Below, piece after piece: positions 34,979 through 45,196 of a DNA stretch of 64,000 bases. A model generated the notes under the pieces. That model saw only the letters and a list, made by a program, of their open reading frames with translations, ran no database searches and had not been told where the DNA came from. How positions within the stretch are numbered: position 1 is the first letter of the stretch; the number at the start of each line of letters is the position of its first letter. A program made the position numbers and the translations under genes. The DNA is from Arenicellales bacterium (GTDB lineage Bacteria > Pseudomonadota > Gammaproteobacteria > Arenicellales > Poriferihabitantaceae): assembly GCA_965200715.1 (NCBI GenBank), contig OZ241374.1:2917031-2981030 (forward strand). Reading direction: 5' to 3'.

Positions 34979-35689
34979 CCGTATAGCATGTCTATTGGCT
35001 TCGACAGGGAAATCTCATTTGACAACACCCACACTGCTCCCACATACCCATTCACATGTAATTGTCGAGTCTAAGTGTTGTCCAATGACAAATGGGCCTG
35101 CCTGAACGAAAGGCATAATTCCAGTGTGAAATTAACCTGCTGAGGTCAACACTAGCAGTCGGAAAAACCGACTCAAAGTAGAATTGTCAGATTAAACGAC
35201 TTTTGCGTTTCCTTGATGGCTCTTGATATGACGAAATTTCATGAAACAAGACAACTGACAATTCAGGAGGTTTCTTGCTCTATCTTCCCATAATGGATAT
35301 AACCCATTATCCATACCGAATCGGACATAGGGTTGGCGAAAAAATAAAATATCATTTTGACGCGTAATAGTGTCATTATTTTTTCGATTCTCGGTTTCTT
35401 CTAACCGGTTTTCGGGTTTATACCGGTTATTCTCCTTCAAAATCGCAAGAACAGATCAGGGAATCTCCTATAATTGATCGGTGATTTCCTGCATTTGATT
35501 CTTATTATGACATTATAATATTTACTCCAGATTATTTCTATTCGATGTTTCATCGAATACAGTGGTTTCTTCTTATTCATCATATGAGGAAACAATGATA
35601 TGCAAATCATTCTGGATCAATTCCAGGAATACCCATATAGTCCTTCGATTACTACGCGTCAAGTTCAGACTAACCGCGATCCTATGTGA

Positions 35690-35998
35690 ACTCAGCCCTC
35701 AAACCGAGACTCCTACCCGTCTACTTGAGCGGGTAGCAGAACCCGGCTCAATGGGAATCTCTCAAGCCCAAATCCAATCCGCTACCATCGCCTCCATCTC
35801 CACTACTTCGAAAGCCGAAATACCATCCGTCCGAGAGCCGACTCCAATTACCGATTGGACCAATCCGGTGCGGACAATAGGGATACCATGACTACTTGGA
35901 AAAAGAAACCAAAACTATCCAGCACAATCTGGGACAAACTGTCCCATTCCTTTCAATTTAATCTGGGAATCGAGTTCTGACTTATTGCGGAAAATAAC
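35690..35998. repeat. Solo inverted copy of the transposon left end (about 310 nt)
   Basis: Reverse complement of 44059-44365, including the CTACCCG..CGGGTAG hairpin. It ends ..CGGAAAATAACA at 35998. Confidence 0.8.
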
Positions 35999-36336
35999 AC
36001 CAGATACAATATAACTCCCATCATTTTCGAAAGTCGAAATATTTACTCGTAGGAGATTGTATAACAGGCGAGATTGCAATATTGTGGAACTGACCTGAGA
36101 ATGACCGTCTGGTCTAAAATGAAGTTGCTTTACTGTTCAGTGGACGTGCTACCCAAAGACATTGGCATGATTTTTCTCGCGATATACTGGAATTTTCTTT
36201 AAAACTCATATATCATGCTATAATTCTATAAGGATACAGTTAGTTATATATTCAATAATTAGTTTTTCTTACTCTAAAAGGCCTTATTTAGTGTCGTATA
36301 TTTGCGCTTAGATGGTATCATTACAGGAGCAGAATT

Positions 36337-36750
36337 ATGGTTCTTAACACCTTGGAAAGCAGGATCAAGTACAGGTTGAGTCGTAGCAGGAACCTAGTGT
36401 TCACGCCCATGGACTTTCTGGACTTGTCAGACCGCGATCAGACAGGCCGTGTTCTACGAAAACTGGTCGCCGAGCAATCACTTGTCAGAATTGCCCGTGG
36501 TTTGTATGCAAAGACCAGGAAATCCTCAGTGACTGGAAAAACTATCCCAGCCCTTCCCTTACCGGTTCTGGCAAGGGAAGGGCTGGCCAAGTTGGGGGCG
36601 CATGTTGTGCCTTCACGTGCCGAGCAGGAATACAACTCTGGCAATACGACACAGGTTCCAACAGGACGTGTAATCGCCATCAGGGGAAAGCGTGTTTCTC
36701 GTAGGATCGGCTTCAATGACAATTACATTGTGCTGGAACGTGCTCCTTGA
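36337..36750 (+). CDS. AbiEi-like (DUF6088) type IV antitoxin
   Basis: 137 aa. LVFTPMDFLDLSDRDQTGRVLRKLVAEQSLVRIARGLYAK matches the AbiEi N-terminal wHTH pattern. Confidence 0.65.
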   Translation: MVLNTLESRIKYRLSRSRNLVFTPMDFLDLSDRDQTGRVLRKLVAEQSLVRIARGLYAKTRKSSVTGKTIPALPLPVLAREGLAKLGAHVVPSRAEQEYNSGNTTQVPTGRVIAIRGKRVSRRIGFNDNYIVLERAP

Positions 36751-37641
36751 CAATGAATTGATCAGCGATGTAGCGTCTGAGCTTAATGTTAACGCATCGT
36801 TCGTAGAGAAAGACTACTACACGGTCAAGGTCGTCCGTGCGATTGCCGGTTACTCACATGATTTGATTACACCTGTATTTTGTGGTGGCACAAGCCTTTC
36901 CAAGGGATATGATATCCTGAAGAGGTTTTCGGAAGACATAGACTTTCGCGCACAATTCAGAGATAGCATCAAGCCAGGCAAGGGCATGCTCAGGACATTC
37001 CGGCATGAAATATGTGATCTGGTTGATCAATAGAGGGAATTACGCTTGACAAGGAGAAGATACGAAAAGGAGGAAGCCATTTCAAAGTTCCATTAACGTA
37101 CCAGCATATCGTAGAAATTTCACCGGTGTTACGTCCGCACCTGCAACTAGACTTCACTTATACACAAGCCCGCTGCGTACCCGAAGAGCGTTCCATATCA
37201 TCCTTTATGGAACAGTTTTCAAGTAATGGTTCCGAGACTCGTATTTTATGTCTGCATCCGGTGGAAACGGCTGCAGATAAATTCTGCGCACTTCTCTGGA
37301 GGGTGAACAAGAGAAACCGGAAGGATGCGAAGGATTATCCTGCCTTGATCAGGCATCTTCACGATCTGCATGATTTAAGGGGTCATATCGGTTCTATGCA
37401 AAAGGAATTCAATGAATTGGTGAATACCTCATTTGCAGCTGATCAGGATACGGCAAGACGCCGAGTCAATATGACACTGTCTGAAACAATTGGGAAGATG
37501 CTTGACAGTTTGAACAGGGATGAACTGTACAAGATGGAATATGATCATTTTGTATTAAGAATGTCTTATGCCAACCAGAAAGATACGACAAGCTTCCGTG
37601 ACGCAATTGATTTCCTTGGCAGTCTGGCAGAAAAATTCTGA
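36716..37641 (+). pseudogene. AbiEii/AbiGii-family nucleotidyltransferase toxin, single frameshift
   Basis: FVEKDYYTVKVVRAIAG..VFCGGTSLSKGYDILKRFSEDIDFR is the DUF1814 core. The frame changes at about 37030-37036 (..LVDQ* then GITLDKEKI.. in the next frame). Confidence 0.7.
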
Positions 37642-37967
37642 CGGACGATCTCCTGGTTTTCCCTATTTCATTGGTATTTTAGTTATTTATTAAACCCTCA
37701 GAAATCTTGGGTTGCCGGCCCGTTTGGACGGCGGACCCTATGGTCACCTCTTGGTAACCACAGTATTTTTTGGAGGTGCCGTTGCAACTTTGGATCTCTC
37801 AGAGTCAAAACCATCGATATCCTTAACCAAAGATTAGTTCTTGTTGTTCCGTCTTCAGCATAGCTAGCCCGTCTTTCGCAAGTGGGCCATTATTGAAAAA
37901 TCAAGTCATTGATTTTATTCAATAGCACCCTCATAGGTCGGCAACACAACCTATCATTTTTGGGAGC

Positions 37968-39752
37968 CTAGAGAGATCCGATCTGAAACCGAGGTCGCGG
38001 TTGATCGGGTAATGTCAGACCCAGTTGATACAGCAATAGCTGATGATCCTGATTGGGTTGTGTATACCGAGACATCACCAAACATCGTCCATCGGAGGTT
38101 GGCAGATGCACGTCCACCAGTTGCATCGAGGCAAACTTCTCCAGGATCTCCCGAGGGGTGAGCCCCGAAGCTTGTCGTTTGGCCAGATTCTTCAAGGTCA
38201 CATGCAGACAGTAGGCGATGAAGGACAGGAAGATATGTGCCTCAATGCGTTGTTCGGTCTGGTGATAGATCGGACGAATCGAGAGACTATGCTTGAGTTC
38301 CTTAAAGGCCTGCTCCACTTCGGAGAGTTGCATGTATTGTTTCCACAACTCGGCCGGATCAGTATCGGTGAGATTGGAACGTAACAGATAACGCCCTTCA
38401 CGGCGCATAGTTTGTCGCAGTTTTTCCCGTCGCAAGTGGAACGTGAACGATCCCGGTTGCTGGCCATCCTCCGGGGCAACCTCAATCTCGACTAGATGCC
38501 AGGCCCGTCCGGCTTCTTGCTGGGCTGCACCCAACTTGCGTTGCAGTTGATCCCGGCTGTTGCTTTGTTGCTGCAGCTCATGCAGACGTTTCCAGAGCTT
38601 TTTCAAACGTCTGCGACGCATGCTACGCTCCTTGAGAATCCGCCCTTCGCTGCGCACCAGGATGTACACTTCCTCTCCTCCCTCTTGCTGATGTAGCTTG
38701 ACCTGGAGCGAATCCCGAACCGACTGCCAGGGTCGGTTGAGAAAGGATTGCTCCAGCTTGCTTAGCCGTCCCTTGGGGGTACCAACCAGATAGCGCACAC
38801 CCGACGGATCAGCACGCATGGCTTCCAGGGTTTCTTCGGTCGGGATTCCACGGTCCATCACCCAGACCCGCTCCGAACGGCCATACTGCGCCTCAATCTT
38901 GCGCACGAAATCCAGCAATGTGGTCTTGTCCGAGGTGTTTCCCGGCATCACTTCATAGGCAACTGGAAACCCATCCGGCGTCACGATCAGGGCAATTACC
39001 ACCTGCACACAGTCCGAACGTTTATCCCGACTGTAACCAAACTGGCGTTTGCCAGCAAACGGCGCATCACTCTCGAAATAGGTACTGGTCAGATCGTATA
39101 GCAAGACCTCATAGCGGGCACCAAACAAGGTGCCCCAGCGTTCTTTCAAAAACGCAAAAAAGTCACGACGGTGCGGCTCCAGACGGTCCAGTACCCGGTA
39201 AAACCTATCCTTCGGAATCACGGGGTCCAGACCCAGTAGATCCCCCATCGCACAGTTCTCATACCAGCGCCGATACAGTCGCCACTCACTGCCCGGATCA
39301 ATCAGACGATAGCAGGCCTGTACCTTCAGAATATCCAGCCAACCGGTGCCCTGACGACTCGCCGGCAACCGTTCCTTCCAGAACTCGTCCAGACCCAGAT
39401 ACTTCCAGATCGTCAGTGCCAGCCAGCAGGCCCCCCATTGGCGTGGACGATGCAACTCCATCGCATCCACACAAATCTGAATACTCTCAAAGGGCAACTC
39501 CGGTGCTTCCCGGTCATCCGGAAACAGAGCCACCTGCCGTGACTCTGCTTCCCCCGTGATCACCTCAATGGCCCGAGTCCAGGCCGCCTTCTGGCTGTTG
39601 TTGATCTCACCAAGATACAGAACCTGACGCTGTACGGTACGGGTTGGAGACAACCGAATCGATTCCATAATACTGAAATAACGGTAGTGAACTCCGTCCT
39701 TGTAGCGACTTTTTTCTCGAATGTACATCGCCAAATCTTCGCCTTTGTGCAC
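37968..39752 (-). CDS. IS1634-like (IS4 superfamily) transposase
   Basis: 594 aa. YIREKSRYKDGVHYRYFSIMES, YDLTSTYFES, SRDKRSDCVQVVIALIVTPDG. Short inverted AAGTCATTGATTTT motifs at about 37903 and about 39808 may mark the ends. Confidence 0.85.
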   Translation of the reverse strand: MHKGEDLAMYIREKSRYKDGVHYRYFSIMESIRLSPTRTVQRQVLYLGEINNSQKAAWTRAIEVITGEAESRQVALFPDDREAPELPFESIQICVDAMELHRPRQWGACWLALTIWKYLGLDEFWKERLPASRQGTGWLDILKVQACYRLIDPGSEWRLYRRWYENCAMGDLLGLDPVIPKDRFYRVLDRLEPHRRDFFAFLKERWGTLFGARYEVLLYDLTSTYFESDAPFAGKRQFGYSRDKRSDCVQVVIALIVTPDGFPVAYEVMPGNTSDKTTLLDFVRKIEAQYGRSERVWVMDRGIPTEETLEAMRADPSGVRYLVGTPKGRLSKLEQSFLNRPWQSVRDSLQVKLHQQEGGEEVYILVRSEGRILKERSMRRRRLKKLWKRLHELQQQSNSRDQLQRKLGAAQQEAGRAWHLVEIEVAPEDGQQPGSFTFHLRREKLRQTMRREGRYLLRSNLTDTDPAELWKQYMQLSEVEQAFKELKHSLSIRPIYHQTEQRIEAHIFLSFIAYCLHVTLKNLAKRQASGLTPREILEKFASMQLVDVHLPTSDGRCLVMSRYTQPNQDHQLLLYQLGLTLPDQPRPRFQIGSL

Positions 39753-39982
39753 CCCATTTTCAAGTCAAAAGTCGGCAACACAACCGGTTTTCAGGCCCCC
39801 AAGAACGAAAAATCAATGACTTATAGACAGATTTGCGCCAAAATTAGTCGAAATTTATCAGTTTTTCAGACGAGTTGCGAAGGTCGGGTTAGTTCGTCCT
39901 TGACGCCCTTGAAAGACCCGGCTCGAATCGAAGGTGGAATTGTAGTGTTATCTTTCACATTAATAAACCAGAACGCAATTCC

Positions 39983-40038
39983 CAGATTATTTTGAATTGA
40001 ATGGGACAGTTTGTCCCGGATTGTGCTGGATAGTTTTT
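39983..40038. repeat. Fragment of the transposon left-end repeat
   Basis: ..AATGGGACAGTTTGTCCCGGATTGTGCTGGATAGTTTT matches 44105-44150. Confidence 0.7.
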
Positions 40039-40192
40039 GTATAACTGCTCACACAATATGTGATAAGCAGTTATTGCAAATCATCACCTTTATTTTCTTT
40101 CATAAGTTAACCTTGATCCGCTTTTATTTTGGTCATGACCCGGCTGATCACTTGGCTCGGGAGGCATTGAACCGGCTACGTTATCGGTAGCC

Positions 40193-41533
40193 TCACATTT
40201 CGTCACTGCTTCTAACAGAATCCAATAAAGGATCAGAGTTCTCTACAATTCCACCCTGGTCAAGCAGGTAGGTGCGGAAGGATGGAATCGGACAAACAAA
40301 CCGGTCAACGGACTCTTCGTGCAAGGCTCCCCTGTGAACGAGATGGTCGAAGAAAGAGTCGGCATCCATCCCAGCAGGAAAGCGGTATTTTCGGTGGTCC
40401 ACATCATGTAGCTCACCCATGAGGCACTTGATTTTAGAACGACTCTGACAGCGGTCCAGTCCGGACATCACCCTGTCGATGAGGTTTATAGCATCCCTCA
40501 TCTCTGCTGAAAACTGATGACCATAGTAACCGTCCCTTCCGGTCCTGATTTCGGTACCTATTTCTTCCCATTCCACTTTGACGAGATCACCGCCTGTCCT
40601 CAGGGCTTCCCTGCCAAGGGCCTTGAGAACGATGTGCAGGTGACGGGGCCAGCCATCGCAGGATCCGGCTAGCCGTTTGACTTCATCCTCGAAACCGGTA
40701 ATGACGATCCCGAAATGAGCGCAGGACTTGGTTATGAAATTCCAGGCCTCATGATCTGAAAAGCAACCGATGTTATGGACCTGCCCAGCCGGAATGCGGG
40801 TCAGGTCCATCCTGCCAGCAGAGAATTCGGTGTCGCTGAGTCCGGCCAGCACTAGTACGATCGGCAAACTGCATCCGTCATGGAGGCTCTGAAACAGCTT
40901 GGAGAGCGGATCTTCTGGAACACGGTCAAACCGCTGTGCCTCATCGATGGCAAGGACAATCGGCCGAAAGAATCTGCCGTGCTGTTTGGCCCATGCGCCA
41001 AAAGTATTCCAGTCTGCATCTGGTTCCGCATGTTTAACATCGGTCTCCCTCCTACGGACGAAACGGAACAGACCAAGGCCAAATCCGGCTTCTCCTCCAG
41101 TGTTTCTGCTGATTCTGGCCATAAACTCACGAGATCCTGAAGGATGCATCTTCTCGGCCAGTGGCCTGAGAATGTCCACGGGTCCACGGATGTCGCCGGA
41201 CTTAAACGTCACCACCATCGGAACAGGGACACCCTCCCGACATAAACTCTCAGGATTCTGTGCGATCTCGTTCAGGATCGAGCTCTTGCCAGCTCCGGGT
41301 GCACCCTGCACAATACGTGTCGCCTTCTCCATACCATGCAAGCCAGAACCCGTACCTTTCCAAACCTGCTCAGCCGCCAGAGCAATGTCCCCAAGCACTT
41401 CCTCCCTTCCAACAAACACCGGAGGCGGTGCGCCCTCCGTCTGCACGAGAAAAGATTCCAGTTCTCTCTTCTGGTCATCATTCATCAATACTACTCTCCG
41501 CACTACATTCATTCTCGGTGTAGTCTGAAACAC
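40193..41533 (-). CDS. Orphan P-loop NTPase (AAA_16/ORC-like ATPase layout)
   Basis: 446 aa. FVGREEVLGDI, then Walker A GAPGAGKSS, then Walker B-like VLAIDEAQ. Flanked by IS and repeat debris on both sides. Confidence 0.6.
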   Translation of the reverse strand: MFQTTPRMNVVRRVVLMNDDQKRELESFLVQTEGAPPPVFVGREEVLGDIALAAEQVWKGTGSGLHGMEKATRIVQGAPGAGKSSILNEIAQNPESLCREGVPVPMVVTFKSGDIRGPVDILRPLAEKMHPSGSREFMARISRNTGGEAGFGLGLFRFVRRRETDVKHAEPDADWNTFGAWAKQHGRFFRPIVLAIDEAQRFDRVPEDPLSKLFQSLHDGCSLPIVLVLAGLSDTEFSAGRMDLTRIPAGQVHNIGCFSDHEAWNFITKSCAHFGIVITGFEDEVKRLAGSCDGWPRHLHIVLKALGREALRTGGDLVKVEWEEIGTEIRTGRDGYYGHQFSAEMRDAINLIDRVMSGLDRCQSRSKIKCLMGELHDVDHRKYRFPAGMDADSFFDHLVHRGALHEESVDRFVCPIPSFRTYLLDQGGIVENSDPLLDSVRSSDEM

Positions 41534-42229
41534 GGGACCGATCCTGTTTCCCAGACGGGGATGACTGTTGACAGAAACATGGGCCCGCCTTCATGAGCCG
41601 AGGTCTCAAGTCTGCATTTCGGTTGTGAAAAATCTACTTGACAGTTACCAGGTACAATCAAAAACTGGATAGCCGGACAATGCAATGCCTTATACCCTAT
41701 ACCACCTCCCGGTACCGATTCCTGTAACAGCATTACTGTTTTTCCCAGTCTATTTCAAAAAGAAGTAGTGGTTTTGCGCCAACCCCAAGTCAATTTAGAG
41801 TCATATTTTCCCAAAAAAGCTTCAAGATGATTCAACATTTTTGGTATTTTAACTAGGGTAACACGAAGTTGATTGATATAAGAATTTTCAGTTCTCCTGC
41901 TGATATTGCGAATATCACAATGGGCAGGATTTTGTTTGTGATTTTTTGATAATCTCAAACATTGTGATCCTGTCATTATTCTTACGAGCACGGATATCTC
42001 CACAATTCAATTGAATATGCTTTTTCTTTCTTAACTGTATCACTGTTGGCCTTCTCTACTTGCCGTGTGGCTATTTTATTGGGCTTATTGTATTGCTTTT
42101 TCAAGATGCAGTAAAACCATGGTTGAGTGAAGAGTATCGCTCTAATGGGATTTCCTTGCGACAATGTCGCAAACCCAACTTGGGTATATCTCGATCACGC
42201 TGTTGCTTTTTTCGGTAAGCCATAAGAGA

Positions 42230-42377
42230 AATGACCGATTCGTGAAGTGGCATACTTAAGCCGAAATCCTGTAATGAGGTTCTTTTGCTCCGCATCTGTA
42301 ATCCACTCTATATCACACAGACTGTTCTGCAACAATACAACTATCTATTAGTTTAATCCCCTTCAAAACCTTCTTGT
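42230..42377. repeat. X flank module, inverted
   Basis: The reverse complement reads CAAGAAGGTTTTGAAGGGGATTAAACTAATAGATAGTTGTATTGTTGCAGAACAGTCTGTGTGA...GATGCGGAGCAAAAGAACCTCATTACAGGATTT, close to 13701-13815. Confidence 0.75.
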
Positions 42378-42398
42378 GGCAGAGACTACCTCCGTCGC
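42378..42398. repeat. Degenerate copy of the palindromic element joining X and S flanks
   Basis: GGCAGAGACTACCTCCGTCGC compared with GGCAGAAACGACCTCTGTCGC at 4759-4779. Confidence 0.65.
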
Positions 42399-42565
42399 CA
42401 AGGATTTTCATCATATTCCTCCTTATAATTTTATGGTTCAGTTATGATGCAAAATACGCGAAAAAAATGGTAATATATAAACAGTTCAAGTGTCTTATCG
42501 CGCTATTCGTCATGCAAGCCCCAGCAGTATGGTGCACTATACTGACTACAAATGGCGGTAACGAT
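42399..42565. promoter_or_regulatory. S flank module (conserved leader with -10-like TATACT and SD)
   Basis: Homologous to the reverse complement of 14868-15038. TATACT at 42538-42543, GGCGGTAA SD-like sequence, ATG at 42566. On the other strand AAGGAGGAATATGATGAAAATCC faces the element. Confidence 0.55.
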
Positions 42566-42727
42566 ATGAACAAATATTCAAAACTGAGCGGTAGCGTTGA
42601 TCGGCTTACTAATGCAATGCGAGATGTGTATTATGCCGAAGTGGTTGAAGGAGCTGTTGAACCCATAGGAAATGAGATCACAACTCTTCGTGACGAATTG
42701 AAGGAAATACGAACTATCATATACTGA
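42566..42727 (+). CDS. Small hypothetical protein sharing its N-terminus with 14397..14867
   Basis: MNKYSKLSGSVDRLTNAMRDVYYAE.., 53 aa. I trimmed the start from ORF 42374..42727 to the SD-preceded ATG. Confidence 0.5.
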   Translation: MNKYSKLSGSVDRLTNAMRDVYYAEVVEGAVEPIGNEITTLRDELKEIRTIIY

Positions 42728-42735
42728 TAACCAAA

Positions 42736-43290
42736 ATGTTATTTCTAAAAGATAACTGGTTTCTTATAAGTATTTTTTTAACCCTTGTGTTAGTGCTTAT
42801 TAAAGGTAGGGCTTGGATTGGATCTACTAACATCAGTATCGATTTCTTGAAAAAAGGACTAGCAGAAGTTCAAAAAAGTCTTGAGGTGATGCAAGACGAT
42901 ATAAAAAAAATACTTGGAAGATTGCCTGAGCAAAAAACGACGCAATCATCCAATCCCATAAAATTGACTTATTTTGGAAGGGATGTTTCTGAACATGTGC
43001 ATGCGGACGTTTGGGTAACAGAGAATTACGCGCAAGTATTTGACAGAGCAAAAGGCAAAGAAGAGTTTGAGATATTTGAAATCTGCAAAGAGCATGTAAA
43101 TCTTTGTTTTACAGAAATTGCCGAATTTGCCCGCACTGTGAAGTCTACCTCATACAATTATGGCATTGAAGATGATCAAGTCTTGATAGTATATCAAATT
43201 GAATTGAGAGACTATGTTATTGGCAAGCTAAATAACGAGTACACCCATGACCACCTTCAAACAAGCCCAGAAAGTTCCGAAGCGACTTAA
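42736..43290 (+). CDS. Hypothetical protein with an N-terminal TM helix
   Basis: 184-aa ORF, 8 nt after the previous stop. N-terminal WFLISIFLTLVLVLI. No domain recognised. Confidence 0.5.
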   Translation: MLFLKDNWFLISIFLTLVLVLIKGRAWIGSTNISIDFLKKGLAEVQKSLEVMQDDIKKILGRLPEQKTTQSSNPIKLTYFGRDVSEHVHADVWVTENYAQVFDRAKGKEEFEIFEICKEHVNLCFTEIAEFARTVKSTSYNYGIEDDQVLIVYQIELRDYVIGKLNNEYTHDHLQTSPESSEAT

Positions 43291-43379
43291 GCAGTTTATC
43301 CGGGAGTATCAACGAAACTATGAAAGACCAAGATAAGATGAACAATCTTATCCAGTCGATGGCTCAGGATAGATCGTGA

Positions 43380-44058
43380 TCAGTTTGGGGAACATCCGCT
43401 CCTCCGGGGCGTGGCGTGAATTAAACCGCTACTCGAACGCTTGCTATATTTGTCCAGATACCTGCCAGACACATGTACGTGTGAGCCCCTGATAGACAGT
43501 TTCAACCGAGACCAAAGCCCTTCTAGTGTATTGATGTAGACATCATTGTCTACATACTCTCTTTTTCTGTGATTAACGGTCTTATGGCCATAACCCATTT
43601 TGTTAAGCTTGTTATAGGCCTTCACTCATCGAGAAAGAATGGTCGTTACTTTCCGGATATTCTTCTACATCTCTGGCTTTAACGCCCTACCCTTGGCATT
43701 GGGAACAATCTTGGTGATCACATCACTACCGAGCTCCAACATTCCAATAAGTTGTCAGTTTTTCAGTCGTGTTTCATAACCATTGTTAGCCAGAGCATGG
43801 TAACCTAGATATCTTTGGTTTGAGAGTCCCTGTCTACTCAACATAATAGGATTACGATTTCGCACCCAGTCCAGCTAGGTTCATGATGCACTCGAATCTC
43901 ACTCACGCCCTTTCCCGCCGATCTGAAATCTTCGAAATTTAGCAAGCCATCAAATCAACTACTGCAACTGGCAAAAATCATAGACTTGATGCATGGGTAT
44001 TTCAGTTAATCACTCATCCAAGCGAGACAGTGGTGGACTGAGCTCAACCTGATACTGG
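43380..44058 (-). pseudogene. IS1595-family (ISXO2-like) transposase, decayed C-terminal two-thirds
   Basis: ORF 43380..43625 contains GYGHKTVNHRKREYVDNDVYINTLEGLWSRLK. Upstream, my translation gives IGMLELGSDVITKIVPNAKGRALKPE, interrupted by stops. Confidence 0.55.
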
Positions 44059-44350
44059 TGTTATTTTCCGCAATAAGTCAGAACTCGATTCTCAGATTAA
44101 ATTGAAAGGAATGGGACAGTTTGTCCCGGATTGTGCTGGATAGTTTTGGTTTCTTTTTCCAAGTAGTCATGGTATCCCCATTATCCGCACCGGATTGGTC
44201 CAATCGGTAATTGGAGTCGGCTCTCGGACGGATGGTATTTCGGCTTTCGAAGTAGTGGAGATGGAGGCGATGGTAGCGGATTGGATTTGGGCTTGAGAGA
44301 TTCCCATTGAGCCGGGTTCTGCTACCCGCTCAAGTCGTCGGGTAGGAGTC

Positions 44351-45196
44351 TCAGCCTGCAGTTGAGGTTTTCTGTTGGCTCGGGTTTCGGAGCAGGTCGT
44401 TCCAGTCTTTGGCATTTCCGGGCAGCAGTCTCGAGACTCGAGGATCGGTTTTTAGTGCCTGATAGGCCAGTTGTGCAGGTGGGTCGGCATCGTAGCCACA
44501 CACGATGGTGTTCAGATTCAGGCGATTGAGCCATTCCGGTACGCGATGAGCGAGTCCGGCGGTTGAGACAATCAACTGCTGCTGGGGTGCGATCGGCAGG
44601 CAAGCGACCGACAGTGCATCGATTGCGGATTCGACCAGCAATACCGAGTCGCATTGTGCGGGGTTGCGGGTCGGATCGGTGCTGATCCAGAAGCTACCGA
44701 GTGGTTTACGGGTGCCTTTGGTGAGTCCTTTGAAGGGGTATTGGGGATGGGTGCCGACGAGTTCGGCGCCGATGGCCTGCTGGTGTGCATTGCGCATACA
44801 GAATACCGCATTATTGCGTGAGTCGGCCTCAATCAGTTGTTGACGATGGTACTGTTCAATCAGGTTCGGATGCAGTTTGCGATGCTGACACAGGTAGTGT
44901 TGTACGGTGGACCAGTTTGTTTGGGGTATTGGCATGACCTCGGCGAGTGGTTGCAGCCATTGTAGGGCCTGCTGGAAGGTGCACATGTGGTCATGCATAA
45001 CCAGATCGATGGCACCGCCGCCCCCGCACTGCATGAGGTGATCATAGAACTTACTGCCGTTGATACTAATGATACTGGATGCTTTTTTCCATTTGGCCGG
45101 ATCCCGGGGTGAGCGCTGATAGCCCAGCGCTGTGGCCACCTCGGGTAGCGGTAATTCACGCAGTTGACGGATTTGTGCGGGGGATCGGCGTTTCAT
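44351..45196 (-). CDS. DUF3991/Toprim-domain protein (primase-like)
   Basis: 281 aa. INGSKFYDHLMQCGGGGAIDLVMH.. then LLVESAIDALS..VCGYDAD, a Toprim-like acidic motif. Its ATG overlaps the upstream stop (ATGA). Confidence 0.55.
   Translation of the reverse strand: MKRRSPAQIRQLRELPLPEVATALGYQRSPRDPAKWKKASSIISINGSKFYDHLMQCGGGGAIDLVMHDHMCTFQQALQWLQPLAEVMPIPQTNWSTVQHYLCQHRKLHPNLIEQYHRQQLIEADSRNNAVFCMRNAHQQAIGAELVGTHPQYPFKGLTKGTRKPLGSFWISTDPTRNPAQCDSVLLVESAIDALSVACLPIAPQQQLIVSTAGLAHRVPEWLNRLNLNTIVCGYDADPPAQLAYQALKTDPRVSRLLPGNAKDWNDLLRNPSQQKTSTAG

Noticed and set aside
38918-39559. 213-aa Pro/Ser/His-rich ORF, along with other alternative-frame ORFs in GC-rich IS and transposon DNA (45995..46735, 52577..53509, 40899..41528, 50633..51314, 51137..51676, 51741..52178).
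   Set aside because: They lie opposite to, or out of frame with, recognisable transposase, ATPase or recombinase genes. Their composition is typical of spurious ORFs in high-GC DNA.
44167-44415. ORFs 44167..44415 and 35562..35891, which encode the same 60-aa peptide (..RVAEPGSMGISQAQIQSATIASISTTSK..).
   Set aside because: They lie inside the conserved left arm of the transposon, which is a repeat. They have no SD and a hairpin-rich sequence. The conservation is explained by the element's ends rather than by coding.
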